A DNA stretch of 35,131 bases from an uncultured Clostridium sp. (GTDB lineage Bacteria > Bacillota_I > Bacilli_A > RF39 > UBA660). Location of the stretch: contig CAZZAK010000001.1 in NCBI GenBank assembly GCA_964652515.1, positions 1-35,131 on the forward strand, in the 5' to 3' direction. The translations under genes and the position numbers were made by a program. Positions within the stretch are counted from its first letter, which is position 1. Each line of letters starts with the position of its first letter. The notes beneath the pieces were generated by a model. It was given only the letters and a program-made list of their open reading frames with translations, was not told the DNA's origin and did no database searches. This document shows, in pieces, positions 24,901-32,328 of this stretch.

Positions 24901-27812
24901 GTGGAGGTAATCAGGCGGTTACAGGAACAGAGACTGACAATGATTCAATAAGTACTGTTAATATTGTAGGCGGCCATATTTATGGAAATGTATATGGTGG
25001 TGCTAATACATCAAAAATATATGGTAATACAGTTGTTAATATTGGACAAAGTGCATATACTTCTAATACGTTAACGAAGACTGATATTCATGTTCACGGC
25101 CATATCTTTGGTGGTGGTGAAGCGAATGCTAGTGGATCAGAGATATATGACTGGTCATATATTAGTGTTACTGAAGGTGTTAATATTACTATTGATGCTG
25201 ATACATATAATAATTTCTTAATAGATGGTTCATTCTATGGAGGAGGTAATGCTTCAAGTGCTTCAGGTGATAGTTATTTAATAATAAGAAATTATGGTGA
25301 GAGAGAAGATCCTAAAGATAATATTTCTATTCAACGTGTTACTTATGTTACGATAGATAATTCTAGCATTTTATTAAGAGGTGCTGTTGATAGAGCTAAT
25401 GAATATTCTAATGAATTGTTTGCTATTAGTAGAGTAGAAAATTTGAAACTTAAAAATAATTCAGAATTATATTTAGTTCGTGGAGGTAATTTATTAGAAG
25501 AATTTGAAAGTTTAGACTCTAATGGCAATATAGCATCTGTTACTATAGATACGGAAAATAATACGGTAACAAAGACGGTTGATAATCGTGTGTATATGTA
25601 TGAAGGACGTAATTTAAATATTGCACACGATCAGCAGGTAACTGATTATGGTGAAGTTCATGGAATGAGTTTTTTTGGAATATTTAATTTTGATAATAAT
25701 GGTCATGTTAATCCAGGTATTTATAGTAGTGATTATGATCCTGGTGATACTCTTCCTTGGGAAGGTACTTTTGGTAGAGGTAGTTATGTACTTGGTGCTC
25801 ATGTTACTAATCATAATATAAAAGTAGATGGATTTTATAGTCACTTTATGGATGAAGAAACACAGGAAAACAAAGTTGATTATATTGATCCAACTCCTAA
25901 GACTGGTCAATTCTATATGTGGTATATTGGAGAGAATGTTATTGAATATAATGTTAATTTAACAGCTTCTAAATATTCTACTCTTGGTGCATTAGAGGTT
26001 CCATTCTTGGATTTCTCTGCTCCAAATACGTCATTTCAGATAATTGGTTTTGATAGTTCAGAAATAGCATCAGGTATTAGTTTGGTTGATAAAAATACTA
26101 TTCCTAGAATAGCTCCTAATGTAAATGATGCTAATACAAAATTTGGTTTAGCAATGGAAGCTTCTAATACTGGTTGGTTAACTACTGGTAAGACGACATT
26201 CTATACAAGGGAGCCTGGTTATGAAGGTATAACCTATTATGAAGGTGAAAATTCTGATGTTGCTCCAACATTACTTTTCTATTTATATCATTCTAAGAAC
26301 ATATCAATAGCTCAGGATTTGGGTACGGTTAGAATTAGTGTAATGGCAATTACTAAAATTAATGCTTTATCTAATCAGGTTAGAAGATTAATTATAAATG
26401 TTAATATGTCAACATTATTGGCTACTACAATGGATTATGAAGGAGCAATGACACCAGGTGATAAATATGATTTATTCACATCAACTTCTAATAATATAAC
26501 TACTAAGAGTAAATTTAGTGTATATTATTCATTATATGCCGCTGGAACTAATGTATATCGTAATGGTTATCATAGAGCTTTATCATCATCTTATATATTA
26601 CCTGTTGGTACAAAGATCACGATGTTAGATTTTATTAATGGTGTTCCTGAATATTATTATCATGTTATAACAGCAGCTGATGTTAGTGCTGCTACGGCTG
26701 AATATCAACTTGAAAGTGAATGCTCATATAATTTATCTTTGTTTACTAAGATGGGTAGTAGGAGTAATAATAGTAATTATGATGATGCTTCTAAAAATGC
26801 TATTTATTATAATGGTACGGATAGTTATGAAGAATTTATTTTTATAGTAGATTTTTCTGATACAAATATTAATGGTAATCATCTTGGTAATTCATTATTA
26901 ATGGAAATGAGAGATGCTAATGATGAATCTATTATTTCTGTTCTAGGTCAGCAGCAAAGTCAACTGGTTTATAATTTATATGATGGGCTTGATTCAACAA
27001 TTTCTGTTTCAATAGATCCTAGTTTAGATCCATTGTATATTGGATATAATGATATATTAGAAATGTCAATTGATTATAGTGCTCAAACACTTTCTGGTGT
27101 GACTATTACGGATACACAATATTTTGATTCTAAATTGGGAGCACAAATATACTTGGTTGATAGTCATAATAATGTTGTATCTGGTACAAGTTTAACTGGT
27201 GCATATTTTGAATTAAATGGTGTTAGATATTATCCAGATATTGATGGATATACACATATTAAATTAGCTGATAAAGTTGGTAATACTAAAAAATGGGTAA
27301 TATTCAATACGGAAAATGCTAATATACCAACTGGAGAATATACTTTTATGTTTGAGTTTTTTGCTTCTCCAGATGGAATATACTATAGTAGTGGTAATCC
27401 TGTTTATTATGATCTCGATATTGAAATAATTAATACTACTTATGGATTAAATCCACAGATAAATGAAAATAGTATTATATTTAGCGCTAACAATGATAAA
27501 GATTTATCTATGACAATTGCTTATACTTCATTACTTAATAATCCTAATATTAGGTTAAGTATGTATCGTAGAAAATATGATACTGTTTATGATACGAATT
27601 ATGAGCAAGTAGATTTCTTAGATTATATAAATGGCACATTTAATGAAGGTAATTTGTATGAGTATATAATTTTAGGAAGTCCGCAGTCTACTAATACATT
27701 GCTTTTTGATATGAAAGATGAACTACTGACAGGTACTTATAGATTATCATTTAGATTATATGATGGTGATACACAAATTGGTGAAGTAATTCGATATATT
27801 ATAGTAAAGTGA
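18999..27812 (+). CDS. Giant (2937 aa) N-terminally anchored or secreted beta-solenoid surface protein / putative adhesin
   Basis: N-terminal hydrophobic anchor KIILILAVILTVLLSW. An adhesin-type entry motif follows (GNGTRDNPYVITSASEYGYF...FTGTLDGTGHSIYGATL). Two blocks of (Y/F)GG(G/S/N)N repeats are split by an inserted globular domain, and the roughly 850-aa C-terminal region has no recognisable family. No LPXTG or other C-terminal wall-sorting signal. Confidence 0.85.
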   Translation: MLQLKEWIYKHKIILILAVILTVLLSWNFIHSFSETVSDNSWDGVVATEFSSGNGTRDNPYVITSASEYGYFKELLEGSDASLYLDKYYVITDSFNYGNYSISINNILPFTGTLDGTGHSIYGATLNNSLFNELDGATIKNIKYSLNITSDKTSGILSNSINDTKLSYFILDGSINGNNSDITVSGIGNTISNSEIENIVINVDANSSNYVSISNNISSTTINNVLVRTGYNHLSFDSEYEVDEFSINNGNVIVSGLDKYASEDYKIVINNNSFYVSSSEIVLEPENESGLSKNLTSLKGLRSASITVHDSGIVTADHAIYINDLTSDYNYYMGLNYTKITNTNGTIPTGTNQNLYSNSNLATVYIRYSSADINDSSMYGSVSVSEDIRDYYYYKRYPVVNGYITFDLIDSPWANRPTDMAFNGWVTDYDGATISLDMDTYVRSVKIPVSDISNPISITFYSSWTIASVVTTTTFTNLKSVGMNALTPSYGDLTIYYVTARVNNNSNYPNSNDLYDLNGNHITSGSRCRTSGGCTYLTRNTNNTYNANTSYYSVTPNGNGPATVTRVYPQQKPIPYYDGGSAAGYFIRVTSGTENIYSSTGVKQDSCSGTCYKLLQYSDGNITSGTTYYYLTTRDTNIFAPTSTNNITANNISSTKPMTITGIHNGTDNSNSRTLRMTDDWEIAADIRIEFIRFYVSDTTTNVSEFDSDGYEIIGNFKNVKLGRGLKRNGSNLTANSFVGGSSSSATTLSKYTFIVESGFYQTGSAVGYGSAVTHRVLANVILGSDYDRISSNGNNNLIVYYAYAGSWGSNLYNSSNSSNSYDTPAIYTVVKSGSFGTNKADYAAGIYVGGRSRGTHYSLREALVEGGYIYNLIGGPSSDDGRASKNDIIINVKGGEIDLVFGGAGASDTVGNKILNITGGTINYSIVGGSNAAEYSSSTSNPNGKIDGDTLLYVGGNVTVGTKNDKLFTISSGDVYGAGNGRVNEPTIGAVNNSTVIIGPTATIRGSVYGGGNNGAVGGNTTGSATGGSGSTVTSGVYEDETTDNSIRYYGPSPDNYIQFNGELYRIVGLFNNVSTASGSKNLVRIVKNTSLGNRAWGDANMTTVETNTSTETTSGYFANNTYNYTNYYKNYYNFYVKNDNTTSNMYNYLNTTYYNGLNSTYKNYIEEVNWNLGATTNTNQNTSAFYTAERSNGVVNYLTGINQTGNGNSLYSSSFKVGLFYPSDYGYANNDSSCLSSSLGSYSATCRNNNWMSGMTNAWTMTSSTDVTNVTRTYQVSQSGNWFNGYTYTMNRYYHVSNRNFVIGTGGLELKDIYYTGNDNDANNYYNTGAVYPSFYLKEDVTISGGSGKASDPYIIGSSNDTLIDIIDEIMHPSEPTEPPVITHDESEYMAKTRIEILGGSISGSVYGAGNKNGAGNANNNRLALAKVNINMSGGSVSESIYGGANAEGTVYGDVFINVIDGTVSGNVYGGGKGGPDSESDGTYVTDNVNVTIGSNATNNLRINGSVYGGSAFGTVNASSNTATDSDYATNVTVNAGVITGSVFGGGEGDANHTPYVIGNINVTINGGNITNVFGGNDQAGSHTKLNKVELAGGTIGSVYGGGNKSSVTNTHVYLDGATVTNLYGGSNTLGNVSTTDVKIRSGSVGNVYGGNNEGGTCGVTNVLVEGSATVSSSLYGGGNQVSTTTTNVLLNSAGSTIPNVYGGGNSASVTTANVTKGNVNVTNLFGGSNSSGTVGESHITSSSGTATNIYGGNNAGGSTIDTYIIFNGGSATNIYGGGNNASSDVSNITVNNGTIGTIFGGGNNAGLTTSNIHMVTGNVTTIYGGSNNTGTVTTTNVQIDNTASTVSNVYGGGNSAPVGTTNVTITAGTFGNIFGGGNLAQVTGNTTLDINGETINTNIYGGGNFGVVKGSSTVTITNATILGSAYAGGNGSTATLEGNTSITIDGNTTIGSVNSVAPTSGCVFGGGNQAVTGTETDNDSISTVNIVGGHIYGNVYGGANTSKIYGNTVVNIGQSAYTSNTLTKTDIHVHGHIFGGGEANASGSEIYDWSYISVTEGVNITIDADTYNNFLIDGSFYGGGNASSASGDSYLIIRNYGEREDPKDNISIQRVTYVTIDNSSILLRGAVDRANEYSNELFAISRVENLKLKNNSELYLVRGGNLLEEFESLDSNGNIASVTIDTENNTVTKTVDNRVYMYEGRNLNIAHDQQVTDYGEVHGMSFFGIFNFDNNGHVNPGIYSSDYDPGDTLPWEGTFGRGSYVLGAHVTNHNIKVDGFYSHFMDEETQENKVDYIDPTPKTGQFYMWYIGENVIEYNVNLTASKYSTLGALEVPFLDFSAPNTSFQIIGFDSSEIASGISLVDKNTIPRIAPNVNDANTKFGLAMEASNTGWLTTGKTTFYTREPGYEGITYYEGENSDVAPTLLFYLYHSKNISIAQDLGTVRISVMAITKINALSNQVRRLIINVNMSTLLATTMDYEGAMTPGDKYDLFTSTSNNITTKSKFSVYYSLYAAGTNVYRNGYHRALSSSYILPVGTKITMLDFINGVPEYYYHVITAADVSAATAEYQLESECSYNLSLFTKMGSRSNNSNYDDASKNAIYYNGTDSYEEFIFIVDFSDTNINGNHLGNSLLMEMRDANDESIISVLGQQQSQLVYNLYDGLDSTISVSIDPSLDPLYIGYNDILEMSIDYSAQTLSGVTITDTQYFDSKLGAQIYLVDSHNNVVSGTSLTGAYFELNGVRYYPDIDGYTHIKLADKVGNTKKWVIFNTENANIPTGEYTFMFEFFASPDGIYYSSGNPVYYDLDIEIINTTYGLNPQINENSIIFSANNDKDLSMTIAYTSLLNNPNIRLSMYRRKYDTVYDTNYEQVDFLDYINGTFNEGNLYEYIILGSPQSTNTLLFDMKDELLTGTYRLSFRLYDGDTQIGEVIRYIIVK
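21595..22060 (+). repeat. First block of degenerate Gly-rich solenoid repeats within the giant gene
   Basis: LIGGPSSDDG, LVFGGAGASDTVG, SIVGGSNAAEY, LYVGGNVTVG, DVYGAGNGRVN, SVYGGGNNGAVGGN. Confidence 0.6.
23190..25275 (+). repeat. Main block of at least 24 (Y/F)GG(G/S/N)N coding repeats, unit about 20-27 aa
   Basis: By-eye count: SVYGAGNKNG, SIYGGANAEG, NVYGGGKGG, SVYGGSAFG, SVFGGGEGD, NVFGGNDQAG, SVYGGGNKSS, NLYGGSNTLG, NVYGGNNEGG, SLYGGGNQVS, NVYGGGNSAS, NLFGGSNSSG, NIYGGNNAGG, NIYGGGNNAS, TIFGGGNNAG, TIYGGSNNTG, NVYGGGNSAP, NIFGGGNLAQ, NIYGGGNFGV, SAYAGGNGST, CVFGGGNQAV, NVYGGANTSK, HIFGGGEANA, SFYGGGNASS. The DNA motif tatatggtggaggtaat recurs. Confidence 0.85.
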
Positions 27813-27819
27813 GGTAATT

Positions 27820-27942
27820 ATGGAAGGAAATATTAAAGAGGTTTCTAATCAAGAATTAATTGAACTATACAGGTTAATAGTTAGTCATCAAGAATACTTA
27901 AATAGTGAACTTGAAAAGGTTAAGGAAGAGGAAAAAGAATGA
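27820..27942 (+). CDS. Small 40-aa helical ORF, translationally coupled on both sides (not in the ORF track)
   Basis: The ATG at 27820 follows GTGAGGT, which overlaps the giant-gene stop. Product: MEGNIKEVSNQELIELYRLIVSHQEYLNSELEKVKEEEKE. Its TGA overlaps the next ATG (ATGA at 27939-27942). Confidence 0.45.
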   Translation: MEGNIKEVSNQELIELYRLIVSHQEYLNSELEKVKEEEKE

Positions 27943-29459
27943 TTGATGAAATTAATAGTAAGTATGAAAATTTTAAGAATGTATTAGATGTTTTACCTGT
28001 TAATACTAAGTTTAATCGTAAGAGAAAAAGAGAATATATTCTTGAAGAAATGGAAAATGATAATAAGAGATTAGAAACTATAAAAAAAGAAATTGAGTCT
28101 AGAATTAGTAAATTTGATAAATATAAGGAAAATGATAACATAACTAAATTAGAAAGTGATTTAGATAAATGTAATATATTGAATGAATGGAATAGTTATA
28201 ATAATAGCTATGAAAAAATGCATTTAGATTATTATTTATATCAATTACACAGATATTATAAGGAAGATTTAGTTAGTGTTAATACTTGTATTAAAACGAT
28301 TATAGATTCATTTAAGAAAGTAGAAATTAATTTAACTAGTAATGATTTTAACTTTAATAATTATGTATCTATTTATATGGATAAGGTACTTGGTGGAGCT
28401 AATGATTTAGAACTTAGAACTTTATTTGAGGATATATATTGGAAAAATCCAGAAATTATTCCTACTATAGAGATTAATTTTAAAAGTATATATCTAAAGT
28501 ATGAAAAGAAGATTGATAAATATTATGAAACTAGACATAATGAATTCTTGAAGAAACATACTGATAAAGAATTATGTGATAAAAGGATTAAAATAAGTAA
28601 TGATATTAATAGATTAAAGGGTATAGATACTTATTTGAATTTATCTAAATTTATTAATGGTGAATATGCTATAAATAGTTTTAAAGAATCAGAGATAGTT
28701 AAGAAAAGAGAAGTATATTTTAGTGAAGGTAATTATAGTTATGATAAATTAATTAATCTGTATCAAACTTTAATAGAATTTAATCATTTAATTAAATATA
28801 AATATTTATTTGATGATATGAAGGAAAAGTTAAATACTAAAGATACTTTAAAAGGTTCTAAAGCTAATATCTTAAAAGAAATTTCTAAGAATGAGAGTGC
28901 CTTAATTAAGTTGAATAATAAACAAAATAAGAAACCTCTATTTGGTAAGAAGAAAAAAGATGATAAGTTATTATTTGAATATAAAAAAGTATTAACTACT
29001 TTAATGGAAAGTTATGATAAATTAGATGAGGTATCTTTTAATGATTTGATTTTTAGGAAACTTAATGCTGATAGTACTATTTTAGATGTATTAAAATTAA
29101 TTACTTCTAATTACTTATATTTTGTATCTAAGACTATAGTTCAAATGGAAGGAACTCCTATTAGTACTATTACAGATATGTTTACTGAATTAAAAGATTA
29201 TGTTAATAATAATAACTTTATATTACTTAATAATATAGCTTTATTAGATGAAAAACAGATGAAACAATTAATCGTAGATAAATATAATTTAGATAGTGTT
29301 AAATTAACTGTGGATAATTTAATGGATAGTAATTTAGAAAATACTTTAAAAGATATTAAATTATTAATTGATTATGAAAATGTAATAGAATCTAAAATAG
29401 ATATTTTAGATTTAGAATTATATTTAGAATATAAGAAATTGTTAGAAAAAGATAAATAA
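27939..29459 (+). CDS. Cytoplasmic, predominantly helical / coiled-coil protein of unknown function (506 aa)
   Basis: Long uninterrupted ORF rich in Lys/Glu/Asn, with no TM helix or signal peptide. ATGA-coupled to the upstream small ORF and followed by a strong terminator. Confidence 0.6.
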   Translation: MIDEINSKYENFKNVLDVLPVNTKFNRKRKREYILEEMENDNKRLETIKKEIESRISKFDKYKENDNITKLESDLDKCNILNEWNSYNNSYEKMHLDYYLYQLHRYYKEDLVSVNTCIKTIIDSFKKVEINLTSNDFNFNNYVSIYMDKVLGGANDLELRTLFEDIYWKNPEIIPTIEINFKSIYLKYEKKIDKYYETRHNEFLKKHTDKELCDKRIKISNDINRLKGIDTYLNLSKFINGEYAINSFKESEIVKKREVYFSEGNYSYDKLINLYQTLIEFNHLIKYKYLFDDMKEKLNTKDTLKGSKANILKEISKNESALIKLNNKQNKKPLFGKKKKDDKLLFEYKKVLTTLMESYDKLDEVSFNDLIFRKLNADSTILDVLKLITSNYLYFVSKTIVQMEGTPISTITDMFTELKDYVNNNNFILLNNIALLDEKQMKQLIVDKYNLDSVKLTVDNLMDSNLENTLKDIKLLIDYENVIESKIDILDLELYLEYKKLLEKDK

Positions 29460-29462
29460 AAA

Positions 29463-29489
29463 AAGAAGTTCTATTTTGAACTTCTTTTT
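29463..29489. terminator. Bidirectional rho-independent terminator between convergent genes
   Basis: AAGAAGTTC (29463-29471), loop TATTTT, GAACTTCTT (29478-29486). Flanked by an A-run and a T-run. It overlaps the last codons of the minus-strand gene. Confidence 0.65.
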
Positions 29490-30853
29490 AATATATCTCT
29501 TGCAGCAATTAATCCTGTCGCAGCTGCTGCGACAATGTTACCAGCTTTACCAGCACCATCTCCGATGAAATAAATATTTTCATCTTTTATTTTCATATTA
29601 TTATCAGTTTCTATTTCGTTGGAGAAGAATTTTATTTCTGGTCCATATAATAATGTATCATCATTATTAATACCAGGCATTATTTTATCTAATGTTTCTA
29701 GTCCTTCTAAAATATTAGTTATTATTCTATATGGCATAACTAATGCTAAGTCTCCTGCTACACAGTCTTTTAGGGTGGGTTCTATAAATCCTTTATTAAT
29801 TCTATGCCATTCACTTCTTCTTCCTTGACGAAGATCTTTTAATGTTTGAATGATTGGTTTACCATCTCCTAGAACATTGGCTATTCTTGCAATAGATTCA
29901 CCATATAATCTAGTATCTGTTACAGGTTGGGTTAAGTTAACTTTTGATATAAAAGCAAAGTTACTATTATTAGATTTTTTATCTTTATTGGAATATCCAT
30001 TAACACAGATATATCCTTCATAATTTTCTTTTGCTACATATCCACCAGGATTAGTACAGAATGTTCTAATTTCATCACCATATGTTTTAGTTTTAATGAA
30101 TATTGTTGGTTCATAGAACTTACTACATATATCATCCATTATTTCTTTTCTAACTTCTACTCTGACTCCTATTTCAATACTTTGAGATACATACTGGATA
30201 TTATGCTTATCAGCATATTCTTGTACCCACTTAGCACCAGTTCTTCCAGGAGCAACGATAACATTCTTAGCTTTAAATTCTTTATTCTTAGATATTACTT
30301 TATAAGAATTTTTCTCATTAATAATATCTTCTATATCAATATTTTCAAATGTATCTACACCTTTATCTTTAAGGTAGTTAGTGAATTCTTCAATACATTT
30401 TGGTAAATAATCTGATCCAATATGTTTATTTTTAATAATTAATAATTTAGCTCCAGCTTTAGCTACTTCTTTTTTAAACTCTAATGCTTCATCCATGTTT
30501 TTAGGGAATGATGGAGCATCCATTTTAAACTTAGTAAATATTTCTTCACAATCATCAATTATCTGATAAGCATCAGATTCACTCATATATTTAAATAAAT
30601 CTGACTTACCAAGTTTAGGAATAAAGTTTAATTTACCATCAGAAAATGTTCCTGCTCCGCCATAACCAGATAATATATTACATGGTTTACAGTTAACACA
30701 CTTTCCTCCATTGACAGTCATTGGACATATTCTTTTATTAGCTAATTTACCCCTGTCAACAATAGCTATTTTTAATTCCTTATTCTTTTCTTTTAATTCA
30801 TAAGCTGCAAATAATCCCGCAGGACCAGCTCCAATTATAATAACATCGTACAT
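29471..30853 (-). CDS. FAD-dependent protein (COG2509-type uncharacterised NAD(FAD)-utilising dehydrogenase)
   Basis: N-terminal Rossmann motif MYDVIIIGAGPAGLFAAYEL. C-terminal FIGDGAGKAGNIVAAAATG. Length and layout are typical of the COG2509 family. Confidence 0.75.
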   Translation of the reverse strand: MYDVIIIGAGPAGLFAAYELKEKNKELKIAIVDRGKLANKRICPMTVNGGKCVNCKPCNILSGYGGAGTFSDGKLNFIPKLGKSDLFKYMSESDAYQIIDDCEEIFTKFKMDAPSFPKNMDEALEFKKEVAKAGAKLLIIKNKHIGSDYLPKCIEEFTNYLKDKGVDTFENIDIEDIINEKNSYKVISKNKEFKAKNVIVAPGRTGAKWVQEYADKHNIQYVSQSIEIGVRVEVRKEIMDDICSKFYEPTIFIKTKTYGDEIRTFCTNPGGYVAKENYEGYICVNGYSNKDKKSNNSNFAFISKVNLTQPVTDTRLYGESIARIANVLGDGKPIIQTLKDLRQGRRSEWHRINKGFIEPTLKDCVAGDLALVMPYRIITNILEGLETLDKIMPGINNDDTLLYGPEIKFFSNEIETDNNMKIKDENIYFIGDGAGKAGNIVAAAATGLIAARDILKRSSK

Positions 30854-30934
30854 ATATTTTACCTTCCTATATGTAAATTATAACTTACTTTTAATTTGAA
30901 TTCAAGATATGGTATAATTAATGTGGTGAATGAT

Positions 30935-31705
30935 ATGGAACTAATTAAAGCCACATTTGAAGTGTTTATTAAACTAATTACAAATAAGTATATAATTATA
31001 TCAGCAACTTTAGCAATTTTAGCAGATATTCTATATCCAAAATTTAGAGGATTTATGGGAGAATTTTGGGTAAGACAAGAATTAAAAAAACTGCCAAGAG
31101 ATAGATATAAAATATTAAATAATATAATAATAGAAGAGAATAACAATACACATCAAATTGATCATATAGTTGTTTCAAAATTTGGTATATTTGTAATTGA
31201 AATGAAAAATTATTATGGACTCATACTAGGGGATGAATATAAAAATAAATGGATTCAATATTTAGGTAAAAAGAAAAGTTATTTTCAGAATCCAATTCAT
31301 CAAAATTATGGCCATATAAAGGCGTTAGAGAAATTACTTAATCTAAATAACAATTTTTTTATTTCAATCGTTTGTTTTTCTAATCAGGCAAAATTAAAGG
31401 TAACTGTTAAAGATAATGTGGTTCATCTAGATTATTTGATTAAGACCATTAAAAACTATAGAGATATTATTGATGATTTTGATATAGATACAATATATGA
31501 TAAAATTATTAGTCTAAATATTACTGATAAATCAGAAAGAAAGAAACATGTTAAAAATATTAGAACTAAAATAAGTGAAGACAATAAAAAAATAGATAAT
31601 ATGATTTGTCCTAAATGTGGTGGTAATTTAGTTAGAAGAAATGGTAAATATGGAGAATTTATTGGATGTTCAAATTATCCAAAGTGTAAATTTATTAAAA
31701 AGTGA
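30935..31705 (+). CDS. NERD-domain protein with a C-terminal topoisomerase-type C4 zinc finger
   Basis: GEFWVRQEL...THQIDHIVVSKFGIFVIEMKNYYG (NERD core), and CPKCGGNLVRRNGKYGEFIGCSNYPKCKF (zf-C4_Topoisom-like). Extended -10 TGGTATAAT at 30910-30918. The start is uncertain (ATG 30935 versus the ORF-track TTG 30896). Confidence 0.7.
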   Translation: MELIKATFEVFIKLITNKYIIISATLAILADILYPKFRGFMGEFWVRQELKKLPRDRYKILNNIIIEENNNTHQIDHIVVSKFGIFVIEMKNYYGLILGDEYKNKWIQYLGKKKSYFQNPIHQNYGHIKALEKLLNLNNNFFISIVCFSNQAKLKVTVKDNVVHLDYLIKTIKNYRDIIDDFDIDTIYDKIISLNITDKSERKKHVKNIRTKISEDNKKIDNMICPKCGGNLVRRNGKYGEFIGCSNYPKCKFIKK

Positions 31706-31777
31706 GGTGGGTATTCAGGAAAATTATTATATTTTAGTTGTAAATTATTAAAAATAAATAGAATGGAGAAATAAAAA

Positions 31778-32152
31778 ATGGAAGAGATAAAAATTGTAGA
31801 TAACTATATGGATGATAGAGAATTTAGAAACTATATTAATACTATGTTCTATAAGCATGATTATTATCTTATCAGTATAGATGATGTTAGAATATCAGAT
31901 GGAATCAAGAAGAATGATAATGATTTAATTGTTACAAAGAATAATATCAAATATACAGTTCAGACATACTTAAATACTAATATAGGTGAAAAACAAATTA
32001 CGGAGACATTAAACGACATGAAAAAGGAAGAACTGTCTGCTGGAATAATAGTAACTAATTATTATGCAGATAGTGATATTAAGAATAAAGCACTAGAAAA
32101 TAATATTACTATTTTAGATAGAGCTGAATTTGAAAATGGAATTTATGATTAA
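31778..32152 (+). CDS. Small restriction-endonuclease-fold (Mrr-cat-like) protein with a non-canonical QxY in place of (E/Q)xK
   Basis: The layout EFRNYINTMF...NDNDLIVTKNNIKYTVQTYL...AGIIVTNYYADSDIKNKALENNITILDRAEF parallels the Mrr catalytic domain (D-hhh...hhQxK...GhhhTt..ft..A...a....i.liD). Confidence 0.45.
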   Translation: MEEIKIVDNYMDDREFRNYINTMFYKHDYYLISIDDVRISDGIKKNDNDLIVTKNNIKYTVQTYLNTNIGEKQITETLNDMKKEELSAGIIVTNYYADSDIKNKALENNITILDRAEFENGIYD

Positions 32153-32202
32153 TGCAATCAGCATTAATTAATTTAACCAAAAATAAAAACCAACCCCCTG
32201 AA

Positions 32203-32234
32203 GACGGAACGATTCAATGTTCCGTCATTTTTTT
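32203..32234 (+). terminator. Rho-independent terminator
   Basis: GACGGAAC (32203-32210), loop GATTCAAT, GTTCCGTC (32219-32226), then ATTTTTTT. Confidence 0.7.
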
Positions 32235-32281
32235 GCCTTTATTTTCAAGGCTTTTCATAATTTATAATATTTAAAAAAATG

Positions 32282-32322
32282 CTTTTACATTTACTTTTAC
32301 ATTTCCTAGTGGGAAATGTAAG
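32282..32322. repeat. Three copies of a CTTTTACATTT-type motif (two direct, one inverted) next to the integrase 3' end; candidate att / recombinase-binding region
   Basis: CTTTTACATTTA (32282-32293) and CTTTTACATTTC (32294-32305) are direct copies. The inverted copy GAAATGTAAGAG (32313-32324) forms a 10-bp stem (32297-32306 with 32312-32321). Confidence 0.4.
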
Positions 32323-32328
32323 AGTTTT

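Noticed and set aside
27700-27812. C-terminal cell-wall sorting signal (LPXTG + hydrophobic + basic tail) on the giant protein.
   Set aside because: The C-terminus reads ...FRLYDGDTQIGEVIRYIIVK, with no LPXTG-like motif or terminal TM segment.
32152-32274. 40-codon ORF (MQSALINLTKNKNQPPEDGTIQCSVIFLPLFSRLFIIYNI) in the integrase junction.
   Set aside because: It has no RBS. It overlaps the upstream stop and runs straight through a strong terminator hairpin and T-run. It is most likely non-coding.
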